64,000 nucleotides of DNA from Gemmataceae bacterium (GTDB taxonomy: Bacteria; Planctomycetota; Planctomycetia; Gemmatales; Gemmataceae): NCBI GenBank assembly GCA_022616245.1, contig JAKEFD010000169.1, forward strand, positions 8,384-72,383, in the 5' to 3' direction. The notes under the pieces were generated by a model that was given only the letters and a program-made list of their open reading frames with translations, was not told where the DNA came from and did not search any database. A program made the translations under genes and the position numbers. Every line of letters begins with the position of its first letter. Within the stretch, counting starts at the first letter, position 1. Shown piece after piece: positions 37,077 to 47,577 of the stretch.

Positions 37077-39964
37077 ATGACCTGTCCCAACGACCAGATC
37101 CTGCAGCGCCTCATGCTCGGCCAACTACTGGAGGTGGAAGCGGAGGCCCTTGCGTTGCACTTGGAGGAGTGCGATCGCTGCGCTGCCACGGTCGAAGCAC
37201 AGCCGGCTGACGACACTTTGGTTGCCGCAGCGCGGACAGCGAGCGGCGTCCACGAGCCCGAAAGCCACGCTGTTCAGGCGTTGGTCGAACGGTTTTCGAG
37301 GATGATTGGCGCCGACATTCGCAAAGCTGCCGCACCCCACAACCCTCTCCATGAAGTCGAGGAGAGAACGAACAGGCCCGCCAGCGCCGACCTTCAAGCA
37401 ATCCTCACTCCGCCGCAGGAGTCGGACGAGCTTGGCCGGCTTGGCCCCTACCGCGTCCTGAAAATCCTAGGCGCGGGCGGCATGGGCGTCGTGTTCCAGG
37501 CCGACGATCCGACTCTCAAGCGCTTGGTGGCGATCAAGACCCTGCAACCAAGCATCGCTGCTAATTCGGCAGCCCGCGCGCGCTTTTTGCGCGAGGCGCG
37601 CGCGGTCGCCGCTATGGACGACGAGCGCATCGTGGCCATCCATTTCGTCGGTGAGGACCGCGGCATCCCCTATTTCGCGATGCCATTGTTGCGCGGGCAA
37701 ACGCTGGAAGATTGGTTGCAACACGTCGAGCGCACAACCGGTGCTGGAAAGTTGCCGGTCGCCGAAGCAGTTCGTATCGCCTGCGAGACGGCTCGTGGAC
37801 TGGCATTTGCCCACGGTCGGGGCTTGATCCATCGAGACGTCAAGCCAGGCAACATCTTTCTCAAAGACGAAGGCACAGCGCCGGCGAGGGTCAAACTCTT
37901 GGACTTCGGCTTGGCTCGAGCCATCGATGATGAGCTATCGTTGACGCATCCCGGCATGGTCATCGGAACACCCGCCTATATCGCCCCAGAACAACGGATC
38001 GGCAGCCCGACAGACGAACGTTGCGATTTGTTTAGCTTGGGCTGTGTGCTTTATCGCATGACCACCGGCCGAACGCCGCTGACCGCCGCGGCACTTCGGA
38101 CGCCCGGCCCAGACTCCACTGCACCCGTCCCGCCGCATCAACTCAATTCCGACGTGCCGCCGGAATTATCGACGCTGATTCAGCAGCTTCTGGCCGGCGA
38201 TCCGGCACAACGACCGTGCTCGGCGCAGGCCGTCGCCGAGCAGCTCGCAACTATCGGGCAAAAACTGACTGTCCCTGCCCTTCGGCCCGTCAGACGGCTG
38301 ATTCCGTGGCGGCGCGCTGGTGTGGCCGCGGCGCTCGTCCTGGCTGCCGTGTTGACTGTGGTCATGCTCGTGCGCACCGAGCGCGGCGAGTTCATCATCG
38401 AAACCGACGACCCCGATGTCGCCGTCATGATCGCCCAGGCCGGCGGCATCAGTTTGCACGATCGCAAGACCGACCGCACCTATGTGCTCTCCGTCGGCAA
38501 GCACAACCTGCCCACCGGTGAGTATGAGATCGACGTCCGCAATCCCGTCGGCAAGCTCGAGTTCTCCACGCGCCAGTTCACCATCAAGGGCGAGCACGAG
38601 ACGAAAGTGAAGGTCTCACTGCGCCCGCGCCAATTGGCCCCGTTCGATGCCTGGATGGCCCAGGTCGCGGCGTTGCCGGCCGATGAACAAGTAGCGAGGG
38701 TAGGCGAGAAGCTGCGCGAGCTGAACCCAGATTTCGACGGCACGGTCGGTCCGCGCGTTGAAGATGGCAAGGTCGTGGAAGCCAGGATCATCACCGACCA
38801 GGTCACCGATATCAGTCCGCTGCGGGCGCTGGCCGAGCTCGAAATGCTGACGTGTCACGGCAGCGCGTCGGGCCAAGGGCGCTTGGTCGATATCTCACCG
38901 CTCCGGAGCTTGACGAAGCTGTTCTATCTCGATTTCAGCGCCAACCGCGTCGGCGACCTGGCGCCTCTACGCGGTCTCACCAAGCTTCAGGAGCTAGGGT
39001 GCTGGGCCAACCCGATTACCGACCTGAGGCCGCTGCGCGGCCTGCCGCTGAAAACGCTGCACCTCGACCACACGTTCGTCACCGACGCCGATCTGTGGCC
39101 GCTCGCGGACCTGCCGCTGCAAAAGCTCCATCTCAAGGCGCCTTATGTGGTCGAGCTGCGTTCGCTGGCCGAGCTTCGCTTGCGGCACCTGTACTGCGAG
39201 TTCCGTCCCGAACGGCATCCGCAGACGCTGCGGGCCATGAAGACCCTGCAACGATCAACGACACGCCCGTGGAGGACTTCTGGAAAGCCTACGACGCGCG
39301 GCGTGCAAGCCTCGAGCCGTGGACGAAGCGCGTCGCCGCCCTGTCCTGGGCCGAGCAGCTCCCCGAAGTGTCGGCCAAGCTGCGCGAGCTCAATCCCGGC
39401 TTCGACGGCAAGTTGTTTCCCGAAGAGAAGGACGGCCGCTTCAAGCTCATGATTTTCAGCGACCAGATCACGGACATCGCGCCTGTGCGTGCCATGACCC
39501 GACTTCAGCATTTGACCATCAACGGCAGCGCGGCCCACAAGGGCAGCCTGTATGATCTCGACCCGATTCGCGATCTGCCCCGGCTGGAGTACCTGGAGTG
39601 CGGTGGCGCCTATGTCGCCGACTTGAGCGCGCTCGCCGGCGCCAAGCTGCGCGGGCTGTCGTGCTGGGGCACGCTGGTTCGCGACCTCAGCCCCTTGCGG
39701 AAGCTGCCGACCATCTTCTTTCTGGATTGTCAATCCACGCGCGTTCAGGATCTATCGCCCCTCAAGGACACGGGCATTACGCGCCTGATGCTGAAGGGAT
39801 GCCCGGTGACGGACCTTACGCCCTTGGCCAACATGAGCATTCATTGGCTGTACGGCGACTTCGACCCGGTTCGCGACACCAACACGCTGAAGGCGATCAA
39901 GACGCTGGTGGAGATTAACGGGAGACCGGCGGCAGAGTTTTGGAAAGAGTCACAATCGAAGTAG
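37077..39964 (+). pseudogene. Ser/Thr kinase with anti-sigma-like zinc-finger N-terminus, TM segment and two tandem LRR modules; frame broken at ~39251
   Basis: ORF 37077..39452 ends out of frame after ...LRAMKTLQ. The frame of ORF 38852..39964 continues TINDTPVEDFWKAY... through a second LRR module to 39964. ctgcaacgatc fits loss of one a from ctgcaaacgatc. It could be an assembly error. Confidence 0.8.
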
Positions 39965-39973
39965 GAGCCGGCC

Positions 39974-42727
39974 ATGGGCATCAGACAGTCCGTCGGGCAA
40001 GCGATTGGCGGAGTTATCGAGTGCAACCGGCAGCGCTATGAAGACATCATCGCCGCGCAGCTCATGCCGGGCGAGCAGCTCTTCGCCTATGAAGACGCGC
40101 AAACCAAAGCGCCCTTTCTCATTCGCATCCTCCCCTTCATTGGGGAACTATTCGGCGGATCGAAGAATTACCTCTTGGCAATCACCGATCGGCGCATCCT
40201 GATCATCCGGTTCGACGCATCGTTGATGATGAAGGGTTGGCAGTTCAAGGAACTGACCGCGTCCATCCCCTACGCGGAACTTGTCGGGCTTGAGCCTGCC
40301 ACGGGCATGCTGACATCGTCGATCACGATCCGGACCAAAGCGGGGCAGGCTTACAGTTTCGTGAACCTGCTAAAGTCTGCCGCCGAGCTGTTCGCGCAGA
40401 ATGCCGCGCTGGCAAGCCGTGCCGGAAAGCGCGACGGTGCGGATGTAATCGTTGCCGAACCGGCCCCAGCGCCGCCAGTCATGCCTGCTCCGCAACGAAC
40501 GAAGTGTCCGGGCTGCGGGGTGGCGCTCCGAACCGAGGGGGTACCGGTTGGCAAAACACTGCGCTGTCCGAAGTGCGGCCACCGTTTCAACATGCCGATC
40601 ACGGCTGCGCCACCGGCAATTCCCTTCGCCACACCGATGTCCCCGTCCCCGGTGGCAGTTTCGGCCTCCCGAGAGCGCGCGCCGAGCGCGGCTCTACCGG
40701 TCGCCCTGCCGAAGGCCACACCAGCCGCAGCCGCCGCGCCCACCCCGGTTCGGGTGGCGCCGGCGACGGCCAAGGCCGGACTGTTCGGACTCAGCCTGAA
40801 GGCTAAGCTGGGTGCGATCCTGGGCGTGGTCCTGGTCGTGGGTATTGGCGCGCGGCTTGTGCAGACGAGGGGCCCAGGTCCAGGTCCCGGACCGGGTCCA
40901 GGTCCCGGCCCGTCGCCGGAACTCAATTCGATTGTCGGCAGCTCCGACCAACTGAAATGGGAGAAGGAATTACGGCAGATTCAGGCGGAAATCGAAAATG
41001 CGAAAACCGCGCTCGTGGCTGATGATGCGCAGAAAAAACTGGAGTCCTTCCTCGCCCGGACGCTCACCGCCGGCAAAAAAATCGACGGTTGGGTCGGGAT
41101 CTTGATCGGCACGTCCAAAGACCAGACGAAATCCGGACAGCCGCGCGAGACGGCCTCGATCCTGCTCCGGGACTTTCATGAGCGACAGGTTGGCTGGCCC
41201 ACGTTGGAGGCCACCACAACCGATCCGTCGCGCCAAAGCGAGTTTCGCAACCTCTGGGATGGCCGCTTGTACCAGGTTTGGGGAACGGTCCAGCCCGTGG
41301 ACGGACCGTCGAGATCGTGGTGGGTGAAGGTAACCGTGAGCAAGATCGCGCCCTTCAATTTCGGGCCCGAGCGCGCCGAGGCCCTGAAATATATCGCGGC
41401 GGCGTCGGCCGCGCTGGCCAAGCTCGAGGCCGCCTATTGGAATATTGCCAATCATCAGTCTGCTACTGTTTCCCCCTCCAACTACGTCGACCCGGATGGA
41501 GAACTCGTCCTCGTCCAGATCGGGATGCCCGAGTATTACGCCGCCCACATCGACTTGGCGAACAAGCATCCCGAGTACCGCGAAGCGGTCTTGTCCTTCA
41601 ATCGGTTCACGCCGACGGTCCTTGACTGGCCGAAGGTGGCCAATGCTCTCTCCGTGGTGCAGGCGCGAATTCAGAATGCGCGCTTCCTGAACGAGAAAAA
41701 AGAACGGGACGAGGTACGTACGCTGGCGGCGAAGCTCGAAAAGGCCGTGGCAGACGCCAACCGGCAGCAGAAGGATCTTGACGTGATTCATCACTATTTC
41801 CTCGAACGGCCCGATCCGTGGCCTGCCTTCAAGTATTCCGAACTCCTGCCGCAGGTGCGCGCGGAAACGGACAAGGACAAGTATGCTTTCACGCCTTTCC
41901 CGGTGAAGGACCGCAAAAACCGGCCTCCGGCGACGCCGCACCCAGACGCCAACAAAGCCGCTCCAACACCGCCACAACCCAAGCCCCAACCTAAGCAGCC
42001 TCCCTCGACCAAGGGAACCACCTTTGAGGGCAAGCGCTATCACGTCTTCACCGAAGTCGTGTCCTGGCACGCCGCCAAGGAACACTGCGACAACCAGGGC
42101 GGCCGCCTGGCGATCGTGACCAACGCGAAACAAAACCAGTTCCTAACCAAGCTCGTTTTGGACGCGGGCCTCAAGGAAGCCTGGCTGGGGGCGACCGACG
42201 AAAAGAAAGAGGGCGTCTGGGTCTGGGTGGACGGCAGCCCGATGAGCTACAAGAACTGGAACAAGGGCCAGCCGAACAACGCCGGCGGCAGGGAGCATTA
42301 CCTGTTGCTGTGGGCGGCCAGCAACGGCCAGTGGGCCGACCAAGCAGACACGGCTAAAGCGAGTGTGCATCGCCCGGGCTACATCTGTGAATGGGAGTCC
42401 GGGAGCAAGGGGACCGACGACGCATTCCAAGCGGGGTCGGTCTGGGTCGGCAACACCCTGAACCACAAGCTCACCGTCCTCGAGCGCAAGGGCGACACGT
42501 TCCGGGCGCGGTTCACCTCCACCGCGTTCGACTGGGAGGTCACCGGCACCGTCACGGGCGGCAAGGTCTCCTGGCTGGGGAAGGACGTGCGGGTCGTGCG
42601 GGTCGCCAAGGGCGTCACCCTCGGCGACAACGAAGGGACCCTTCGGGAAGACACAATCGATTTCGTCTGGCGTGGTAGCCGTGGCCAATCCGGGAACTTC
42701 ACTTTGCGATTGAAGAGGGCTCCATAA
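39974..42727 (+). CDS. multidomain membrane protein: bacterial PH-like domain, zinc ribbon, TM, Gly-Pro repeat, C-type lectin domain
   Basis: 917 aa. Zinc ribbon KCPGCGV...CPKCGHRF, then (GP)7. The CTLD is GKRYHVF...SWHAAKEHCDNQGGRLAIV...WLGATDEKKEGVWVWVDGS...GQPNNAGG...GYICEWE. Confidence 0.8.
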   Translation: MGIRQSVGQAIGGVIECNRQRYEDIIAAQLMPGEQLFAYEDAQTKAPFLIRILPFIGELFGGSKNYLLAITDRRILIIRFDASLMMKGWQFKELTASIPYAELVGLEPATGMLTSSITIRTKAGQAYSFVNLLKSAAELFAQNAALASRAGKRDGADVIVAEPAPAPPVMPAPQRTKCPGCGVALRTEGVPVGKTLRCPKCGHRFNMPITAAPPAIPFATPMSPSPVAVSASRERAPSAALPVALPKATPAAAAAPTPVRVAPATAKAGLFGLSLKAKLGAILGVVLVVGIGARLVQTRGPGPGPGPGPGPGPSPELNSIVGSSDQLKWEKELRQIQAEIENAKTALVADDAQKKLESFLARTLTAGKKIDGWVGILIGTSKDQTKSGQPRETASILLRDFHERQVGWPTLEATTTDPSRQSEFRNLWDGRLYQVWGTVQPVDGPSRSWWVKVTVSKIAPFNFGPERAEALKYIAAASAALAKLEAAYWNIANHQSATVSPSNYVDPDGELVLVQIGMPEYYAAHIDLANKHPEYREAVLSFNRFTPTVLDWPKVANALSVVQARIQNARFLNEKKERDEVRTLAAKLEKAVADANRQQKDLDVIHHYFLERPDPWPAFKYSELLPQVRAETDKDKYAFTPFPVKDRKNRPPATPHPDANKAAPTPPQPKPQPKQPPSTKGTTFEGKRYHVFTEVVSWHAAKEHCDNQGGRLAIVTNAKQNQFLTKLVLDAGLKEAWLGATDEKKEGVWVWVDGSPMSYKNWNKGQPNNAGGREHYLLLWAASNGQWADQADTAKASVHRPGYICEWESGSKGTDDAFQAGSVWVGNTLNHKLTVLERKGDTFRARFTSTAFDWEVTGTVTGGKVSWLGKDVRVVRVAKGVTLGDNEGTLREDTIDFVWRGSRGQSGNFTLRLKRAP
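40871..40912 (+). repeat. coding (GGN CCN)7 microsatellite, Gly-Pro x7
   Basis: ggcccaggtccaggtcccggaccgggtccaggtcccggcccg. Confidence 0.9.
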
Positions 42728-42881
42728 GTACACGCCAGGACTTGCAACGGAAGGTTGGGCCAGTGTTGCGACCAACCCGCCACCGCCAACTTCTATCGCC
42801 AAGGATTGAACTCTCCTCTACCGAGCATTCGTCGCGGAGGTGAGGCTTCGACCTCTCGGCGAGGGACTGAAGGAGAAGTCC

Positions 42882-44054
42882 ATGCCCGACGACTTCTGGA
42901 AAGAGCCGGCGGAGGATTACCTTAAGGACAAGATTGGCAAACCCTTCCGCGCCCTGGCCACCTGGCTGGGTCGCAAATTCGGCGGTCGGACGTTTTTCGG
43001 CGCCTTGTACTTCCTGTTCGGAGGCGTTGCGTTCCTGAAGGGGGGCGACCAGATCTTTGGCGTGACGGAAAAAAGCAACAAGATGCCCCCCGTGATCGCC
43101 AGAACGGCGAACTGCGTGTTCCTGTTTGGCGGCCTGGGCATGATCGGGTTGCAGCTCGTGTTGCAATCACGGCGGAAGGCCGCGCTGGCCGTCGAGGCAA
43201 TCCCGACAGCTGTCTTGGTCGCCGAGCCAGTGCTGGATGTTGAAGAAGCGAACCCGTTGCCGTTCGGTACCTTCGCCGAGCACGGAATCTCTCTGTCGCA
43301 CCCTCCGACATGGACGGTGGAGCCTTCTCCGCACCACTCCGTGCCTGGGGCCTGGCAATTCAAATTCCGCAACTGCGGCGGCACGGTCCGCCTGCAGCTC
43401 TTTCCCGGCGATGTTCAGGCCCAGGTCGTGAACGCCGTCGTCAAGCGGTTGCGCAACGAAGTAGATAAGGATTTGGTCTGCTCTCCCTCGTCCACCCACC
43501 TGGGCGGTCAAAGAGCGCTTGGCGTGGATTTCTGCACATCGGACAAGACCCACTCCGGCCAGGTGCTGTCGGCCCTGGCGGACGGGCAAACGGCGGTCTT
43601 GTACTGGCAGGCCGCCGCCCCGGGCCTGGCATCCTTCCGTGTGGCCATCGATCAGATCCGGACCTCCTTGGAATGGGCTGTGCCAGAAGCTGAAGCAGTC
43701 CCGGTCCTGCCGGTTCTAGCCGAGGCATCTGATTCAACGGTGGTCCCAGCGGAGATGCTTGCCCCTAACACCGGCGTGTTCAATCGGACGTGGGTCACCG
43801 TCAGTGCGACTTTAGGGGTCCCGGTGCTGGGCTATGGCACTGGGCCTGATCGTTGGCCTCAGCAGGCGTTAAGGGAGGCAATTCCACGACCGCCCGATCC
43901 GCAGTTACATATTGTGCGTCTGCCGTGTTTGCCACGCGAGCGAGAACGCTGGTATGCAAGCCGACACGGCCAACGCGAGCGTGCATCGCCCAGGCTACAT
44001 CTGCGAGTGGGAGTGACGTCTGCTTACCTCTGGCTGCCGCGGTGTCTACCATGA
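42882..44054 (+). CDS. hypothetical membrane protein (3' end uncertain)
   Basis: ATG at 42882 (MPDDFWKE...) and two hydrophobic segments. The last ~60 codons read through a lectin-gene remnant in another frame, so the true stop may differ. Confidence 0.4.
   Translation: MPDDFWKEPAEDYLKDKIGKPFRALATWLGRKFGGRTFFGALYFLFGGVAFLKGGDQIFGVTEKSNKMPPVIARTANCVFLFGGLGMIGLQLVLQSRRKAALAVEAIPTAVLVAEPVLDVEEANPLPFGTFAEHGISLSHPPTWTVEPSPHHSVPGAWQFKFRNCGGTVRLQLFPGDVQAQVVNAVVKRLRNEVDKDLVCSPSSTHLGGQRALGVDFCTSDKTHSGQVLSALADGQTAVLYWQAAAPGLASFRVAIDQIRTSLEWAVPEAEAVPVLPVLAEASDSTVVPAEMLAPNTGVFNRTWVTVSATLGVPVLGYGTGPDRWPQQALREAIPRPPDPQLHIVRLPCLPRERERWYASRHGQRERASPRLHLRVGVTSAYLWLPRCLP
43873..44016 (+). pseudogene. C-type lectin domain 3' remnant
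   Basis: 43957-44013 encodes QADTANASVHRPGYICEWE then a stop. This parallels ADQADTAKASVHRPGYICEWE of the upstream gene (42340-42400), and the DNA is clearly homologous. Confidence 0.6.
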
Positions 44055-44074
44055 ATTTCCAATCGGAGCTTTCA

Positions 44075-45745
44075 ATGCAAGGGAATCGAATCCGCATGAC
44101 CATCTTGGGCATTTGCACGTTAGGTGCCTTGCTGACCGCGACTTCCCCCTGCGCGGGACAGGACCGGGAAAAGTTCCGGGCCCTGTTGCAACGACTTCCC
44201 CACAAGTCGGAAGAAGCTCATGTCCTGGTTCGCTCCGACGTGAGCGCCGAGGTTGCCGCCGACCTGGCGCGTCACGGCGAACGCGCCTGGCAGTTCTTTG
44301 CCAAGCGGTTCGCGCTTCCGCCGAACCGAATGGAGTTCTTCTACGTCCGGAGCGAGTCCTTCTACGCCGAAGTCGCCAAGCTCGAAGGTTGGACCGTCTA
44401 TCCCGGCTACCCAAACGTCGGCTTTGTCTGGGACAAGGATCACGGCAAGATGGTCCTTCAGACTCCGAACGAGCCGAACTATGGCGCCCAGCTCGGCGAG
44501 CTTTGCCGGCAAGCACTCTTCTGCAGCTATCAAAACCCGCGCGACTTCCCCTGGCTCTTCGAGGGCCTGGCGCTCTACTACCAGTCAGCCGACCGGCTCG
44601 ACGCTTCTGGCAAGCTGATTCTCCGCCATCCGCATCCCGACTACCATCGCGAGTTTCGTGCCGCGGAGCGACGCGGAGACCTCGTCAGCCTGCCTCGGCT
44701 CCTCACGATGTCAGCCAAGGAATTCGATGCCGATACCTCGCTGAAGCAGCGGGCGCAGTCGCTCATCTTCGTTCACCATTTGATGACGGACCACGGCGAG
44801 ATCATGCAGCAACTTTGCCAGCGCCTCGGCAAGGACCTCAAGAACAACGAAGAGGTGCTCAGCTTTCTCAAGGACTCCCTCAAGACGGACTTGGCCGGCC
44901 TGGAGAAGCGCCACCTCGCCCATGTGAAGAAGCTCCCGGCCCAGGAAGGCTCGGACCTGGCGAAGCTGGACCGCCTGGATGTTCTCAAAAAGCGTTTCCC
45001 CCACGCCGCCAAGGACGGCCCCGCCTACGTCTATTCCGACCTGGGAAAGGAGTTCTCCCAGGTCCATGCCAAGCACCTCAAGTTGTGCTGGAATTACTTC
45101 GCCAAGCTCTTCGGCCAGACGCCCGGCGACAAGTTCGAAATCTATTACACGCGCAACGAGGATCTCTTCAATGAGATCGTCAAGCTCACCGGCTCGCGGC
45201 AGCTTCCTGGAGTCGTCCGCAAGGTCGCCGCCTCGTTCGAAGGCGGCTACTGCCGCATGTACATCCTTCCTTACCAGAACCCGGATTATGAAACCCAGCT
45301 CCACGAAGTCAGCCATATCTTTGTGCAGAAAGTGTGTCCCGGCGCATTGCCCTGGGTAGTGGAAGGCAGCGGCATGTATTTCGAGTGCGCCCTGAAGATG
45401 GATAAGAACGGCGTCATGCGGCCCCGACCCCTGGGATACACGCACACGTCGTTCGTCGAGCTGCACCGGAAGGAAAAGCTGCTGCCCCTCAAGAAACTCG
45501 TGGAACTGGATTACACAACGTTCTACCAGGGCGAGTTTGGCAACGCCTACAACCAGAGCACGCTGTTCTTCTACTATCTCATGAGGGCGCACCCCAAGGT
45601 CATGACGGAACTTTTCGCCCAGTGGAATCAGGGCAGGATCCAGAACAACGGAGCCATCCTGCAGTACCTTACTTCGGCCCTGAAAATGGACTTGCCGACG
45701 CTGGAAAAACGGTACCTCGAATACAGCTTGAAGTTGACACCGTGA
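44075..45745 (+). CDS. secreted protein with two tandem peptidase-MA-like (DUF1570-like) domains
   Basis: GGAG then ATG 44075 (alternative 44051), with a signal peptide. Domain 2 has LHEVSHIF...PWVVEGSGMYFE. Domain 1 has LGELCRQAL...PWLFEGLALYYQ at the same place. Confidence 0.7.
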   Translation: MQGNRIRMTILGICTLGALLTATSPCAGQDREKFRALLQRLPHKSEEAHVLVRSDVSAEVAADLARHGERAWQFFAKRFALPPNRMEFFYVRSESFYAEVAKLEGWTVYPGYPNVGFVWDKDHGKMVLQTPNEPNYGAQLGELCRQALFCSYQNPRDFPWLFEGLALYYQSADRLDASGKLILRHPHPDYHREFRAAERRGDLVSLPRLLTMSAKEFDADTSLKQRAQSLIFVHHLMTDHGEIMQQLCQRLGKDLKNNEEVLSFLKDSLKTDLAGLEKRHLAHVKKLPAQEGSDLAKLDRLDVLKKRFPHAAKDGPAYVYSDLGKEFSQVHAKHLKLCWNYFAKLFGQTPGDKFEIYYTRNEDLFNEIVKLTGSRQLPGVVRKVAASFEGGYCRMYILPYQNPDYETQLHEVSHIFVQKVCPGALPWVVEGSGMYFECALKMDKNGVMRPRPLGYTHTSFVELHRKEKLLPLKKLVELDYTTFYQGEFGNAYNQSTLFFYYLMRAHPKVMTELFAQWNQGRIQNNGAILQYLTSALKMDLPTLEKRYLEYSLKLTP

Positions 45746-46573
45746 TCCAGCGCCGCAGCGCGTTAGGACCGTCAAGACTCAACGAGTCAGCATTCTTTGG
45801 CGGAGATTCAGTCCCCGTCCGAGGGTGCGCCCTCTTGACGGGGAAGGCCAATAAAGAGGTTCGGCGCGACGGCGTCTGGTTCCGCAGAGCGCCGGGTTCA
45901 GGTCAGTCCTGCGTCACGATACTTCCTGAGCCCGATTTCAGCATGGAGCGGGATCTTGGCGTCCTTTTCGTTTTCGAGGGCGGCCGTCAAGTCTTTCTCA
46001 AAGCCGGGGTCGTTCTCCGCGCAGGAGCAACCCAGGCGATGCGGTGAGCAGCGACTTGCACGCACCTCAGCGACGAGCACGAGCGGCAAACCAATCCCCC
46101 AAAGAGCGAGCACGAGAATCTGCCGGCCTACCGTATTCAACATGGCCATATCTCCGATCTCAGGTGGCCTGAGTAGTTGGACTATTTCGAGTAACTTTGT
46201 CAACGACGTACTGAGCCTGGGCTGGGTGCGTAATCGCTCGGATTTCGTTGACCAAGCTTTTCCCTTCGGCCATCTGCAGCCTTAGCGTCATTCCCGGTTT
46301 CAAATCGGCTAGCTTCGCTGCGCGGCCGTTGAGAAGCACGTTTTCTGGCCTGCACATGGTAGTTCCATGAGCGGGAAAGAAATTGTCAACTTTCTCGCAA
46401 CGCCGAATAGACTCTCGCAAATGGGCCCGTGCGCTTCGGGCCAGAAGCGGACACTTTCGTCTGACCACCAAATCGGAAAGCATCATGCCCCGGCTGTTCC
46501 TTCGCCATGGCCTTGTGGGCCTTGCAACAGGAGACTCGCCGCAAGCACCGGCCGCCGATTGCGGCGGATAAAC

Positions 46574-46810
46574 CTTTCGCAGCCGATACCCCGCCGATGG
46601 CGGACACGCCTGCACCTGCTCGTCGTCCAAGTAGAGCTGCACATCGACGGCGAAGTCCTTGGCCGTCTCGTAACGCCGGTTGCGGTCCTTCTCCAGCGTT
46701 TTCATCACGATCCAGTCCAGCTCGCCCTTGACCAGCTTGGTCAGCTTGGCCGGCTCCGTGTGGCGATTGGCCGAGATCGATGCCAGCGCCTCGCCCGAAT
46801 CGGAGAGCCG
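46574..46810 (-). pseudogene. Ser/Thr kinase C-lobe fragment
   Basis: RLSDSGEALASISANRHTEPAKLTKLVKGELDWIVMKTLEKDRNRRYETAKDFAVDVQLYLDDEQVQACPPSAGYRLRK. A TAA lies immediately upstream and no catalytic part is present. Confidence 0.6.
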
Positions 46811-46918
46811 TTACGGCACCAACGAGCAACGTATCACCCGCATGCAGCAAGCCTTCACGAACATCATGCAAAGCGGCGTGCTGGTGACGCTGATTGAATG
46901 AGTCGCGCGCGGAAAAAC

Positions 46919-46951
46919 GAAAAGCCCACGGAACTTGTCCGTGGGCTTTTC
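46919..46951 (-). terminator. intrinsic terminator of the RRM gene (usable from both strands)
   Basis: gaaaagcccacgg aacttgt ccgtgggcttttc, a 13-bp stem with T/A-rich flanks, 26 nt after the stop at 46977. Confidence 0.8.
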
Positions 46952-46976
46952 TTGTTGAGTGACATTCGACGCGCGC

Positions 46977-47300
46977 TTAGAAGCGACGGGCGAACTTCCT
47001 CTCGGGGCGGTCGCCGTAGTTGCCGCGCGAACGCTCGCCATTGGAACGGGGCCGTTCCGCACGCGGCCGCGCTTCGTTCACCGTCAACTCGCGGCCTTGA
47101 AACTCCGTCCCATTGAGGCTGGCGATGGCTTGCTCGCCACCATCCGCCATTTCGACGAAACCGAAGCCGCGCGACCGGCCGGTTTCCCGGTCGGAGACGA
47201 CTTGGGCCGCCGTCACCACGCCGAACTTCCCAAAGACCTCGCGGAGGTCGTCGGCAGTGGTTTGAAACGAAAGATTTCCCACATACACATTCTTACTCAT
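46977..47300 (-). CDS. RRM-type RNA-binding protein
   Basis: RNP-2 NVYVGNL and RNP-1 RGFGFVEM, with an Arg/Gly-rich tail. ATG at 47300 (alternative 47306). Confidence 0.9.
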   Translation of the reverse strand: MSKNVYVGNLSFQTTADDLREVFGKFGVVTAAQVVSDRETGRSRGFGFVEMADGGEQAIASLNGTEFQGRELTVNEARPRAERPRSNGERSRGNYGDRPERKFARRF

Positions 47301-47577
47301 CGTCAATCCTTTGCGGGCCTATTGGCGCCGCGAGAAAAGAAACACGCACACCAACAAGGTGCGCGATCAACACGGAAGATGCGATTGCTTTGCGACAACA
47401 CGGACTTGACGATCTCGGAGGCTGTAAGAAAGTGACTTCAGATCAGGCGGCCAAGAAGTGTCAACACGCGGAATCGACAACTACATTCCTCAACTTCCAA
47501 CAGACAGGCACGCGCCTGTCCAAACAATTGTTAGACGCCGATAGCACTCAAAAGGTTCACCGGCTTCTTTTATTAAC

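Noticed and set aside
40351-40926. 191-aa minus-strand ORF with a PGPGPG run
   Set aside because: It is the antisense reading of the coding Gly-Pro microsatellite inside the well-supported 39974..42727 gene.
45898-46203. 101-aa minus-strand ORF with one TM helix
   Set aside because: It lies in a debris zone, has no motif support and no clear RBS. I mention it in a finding but do not call it as a feature.
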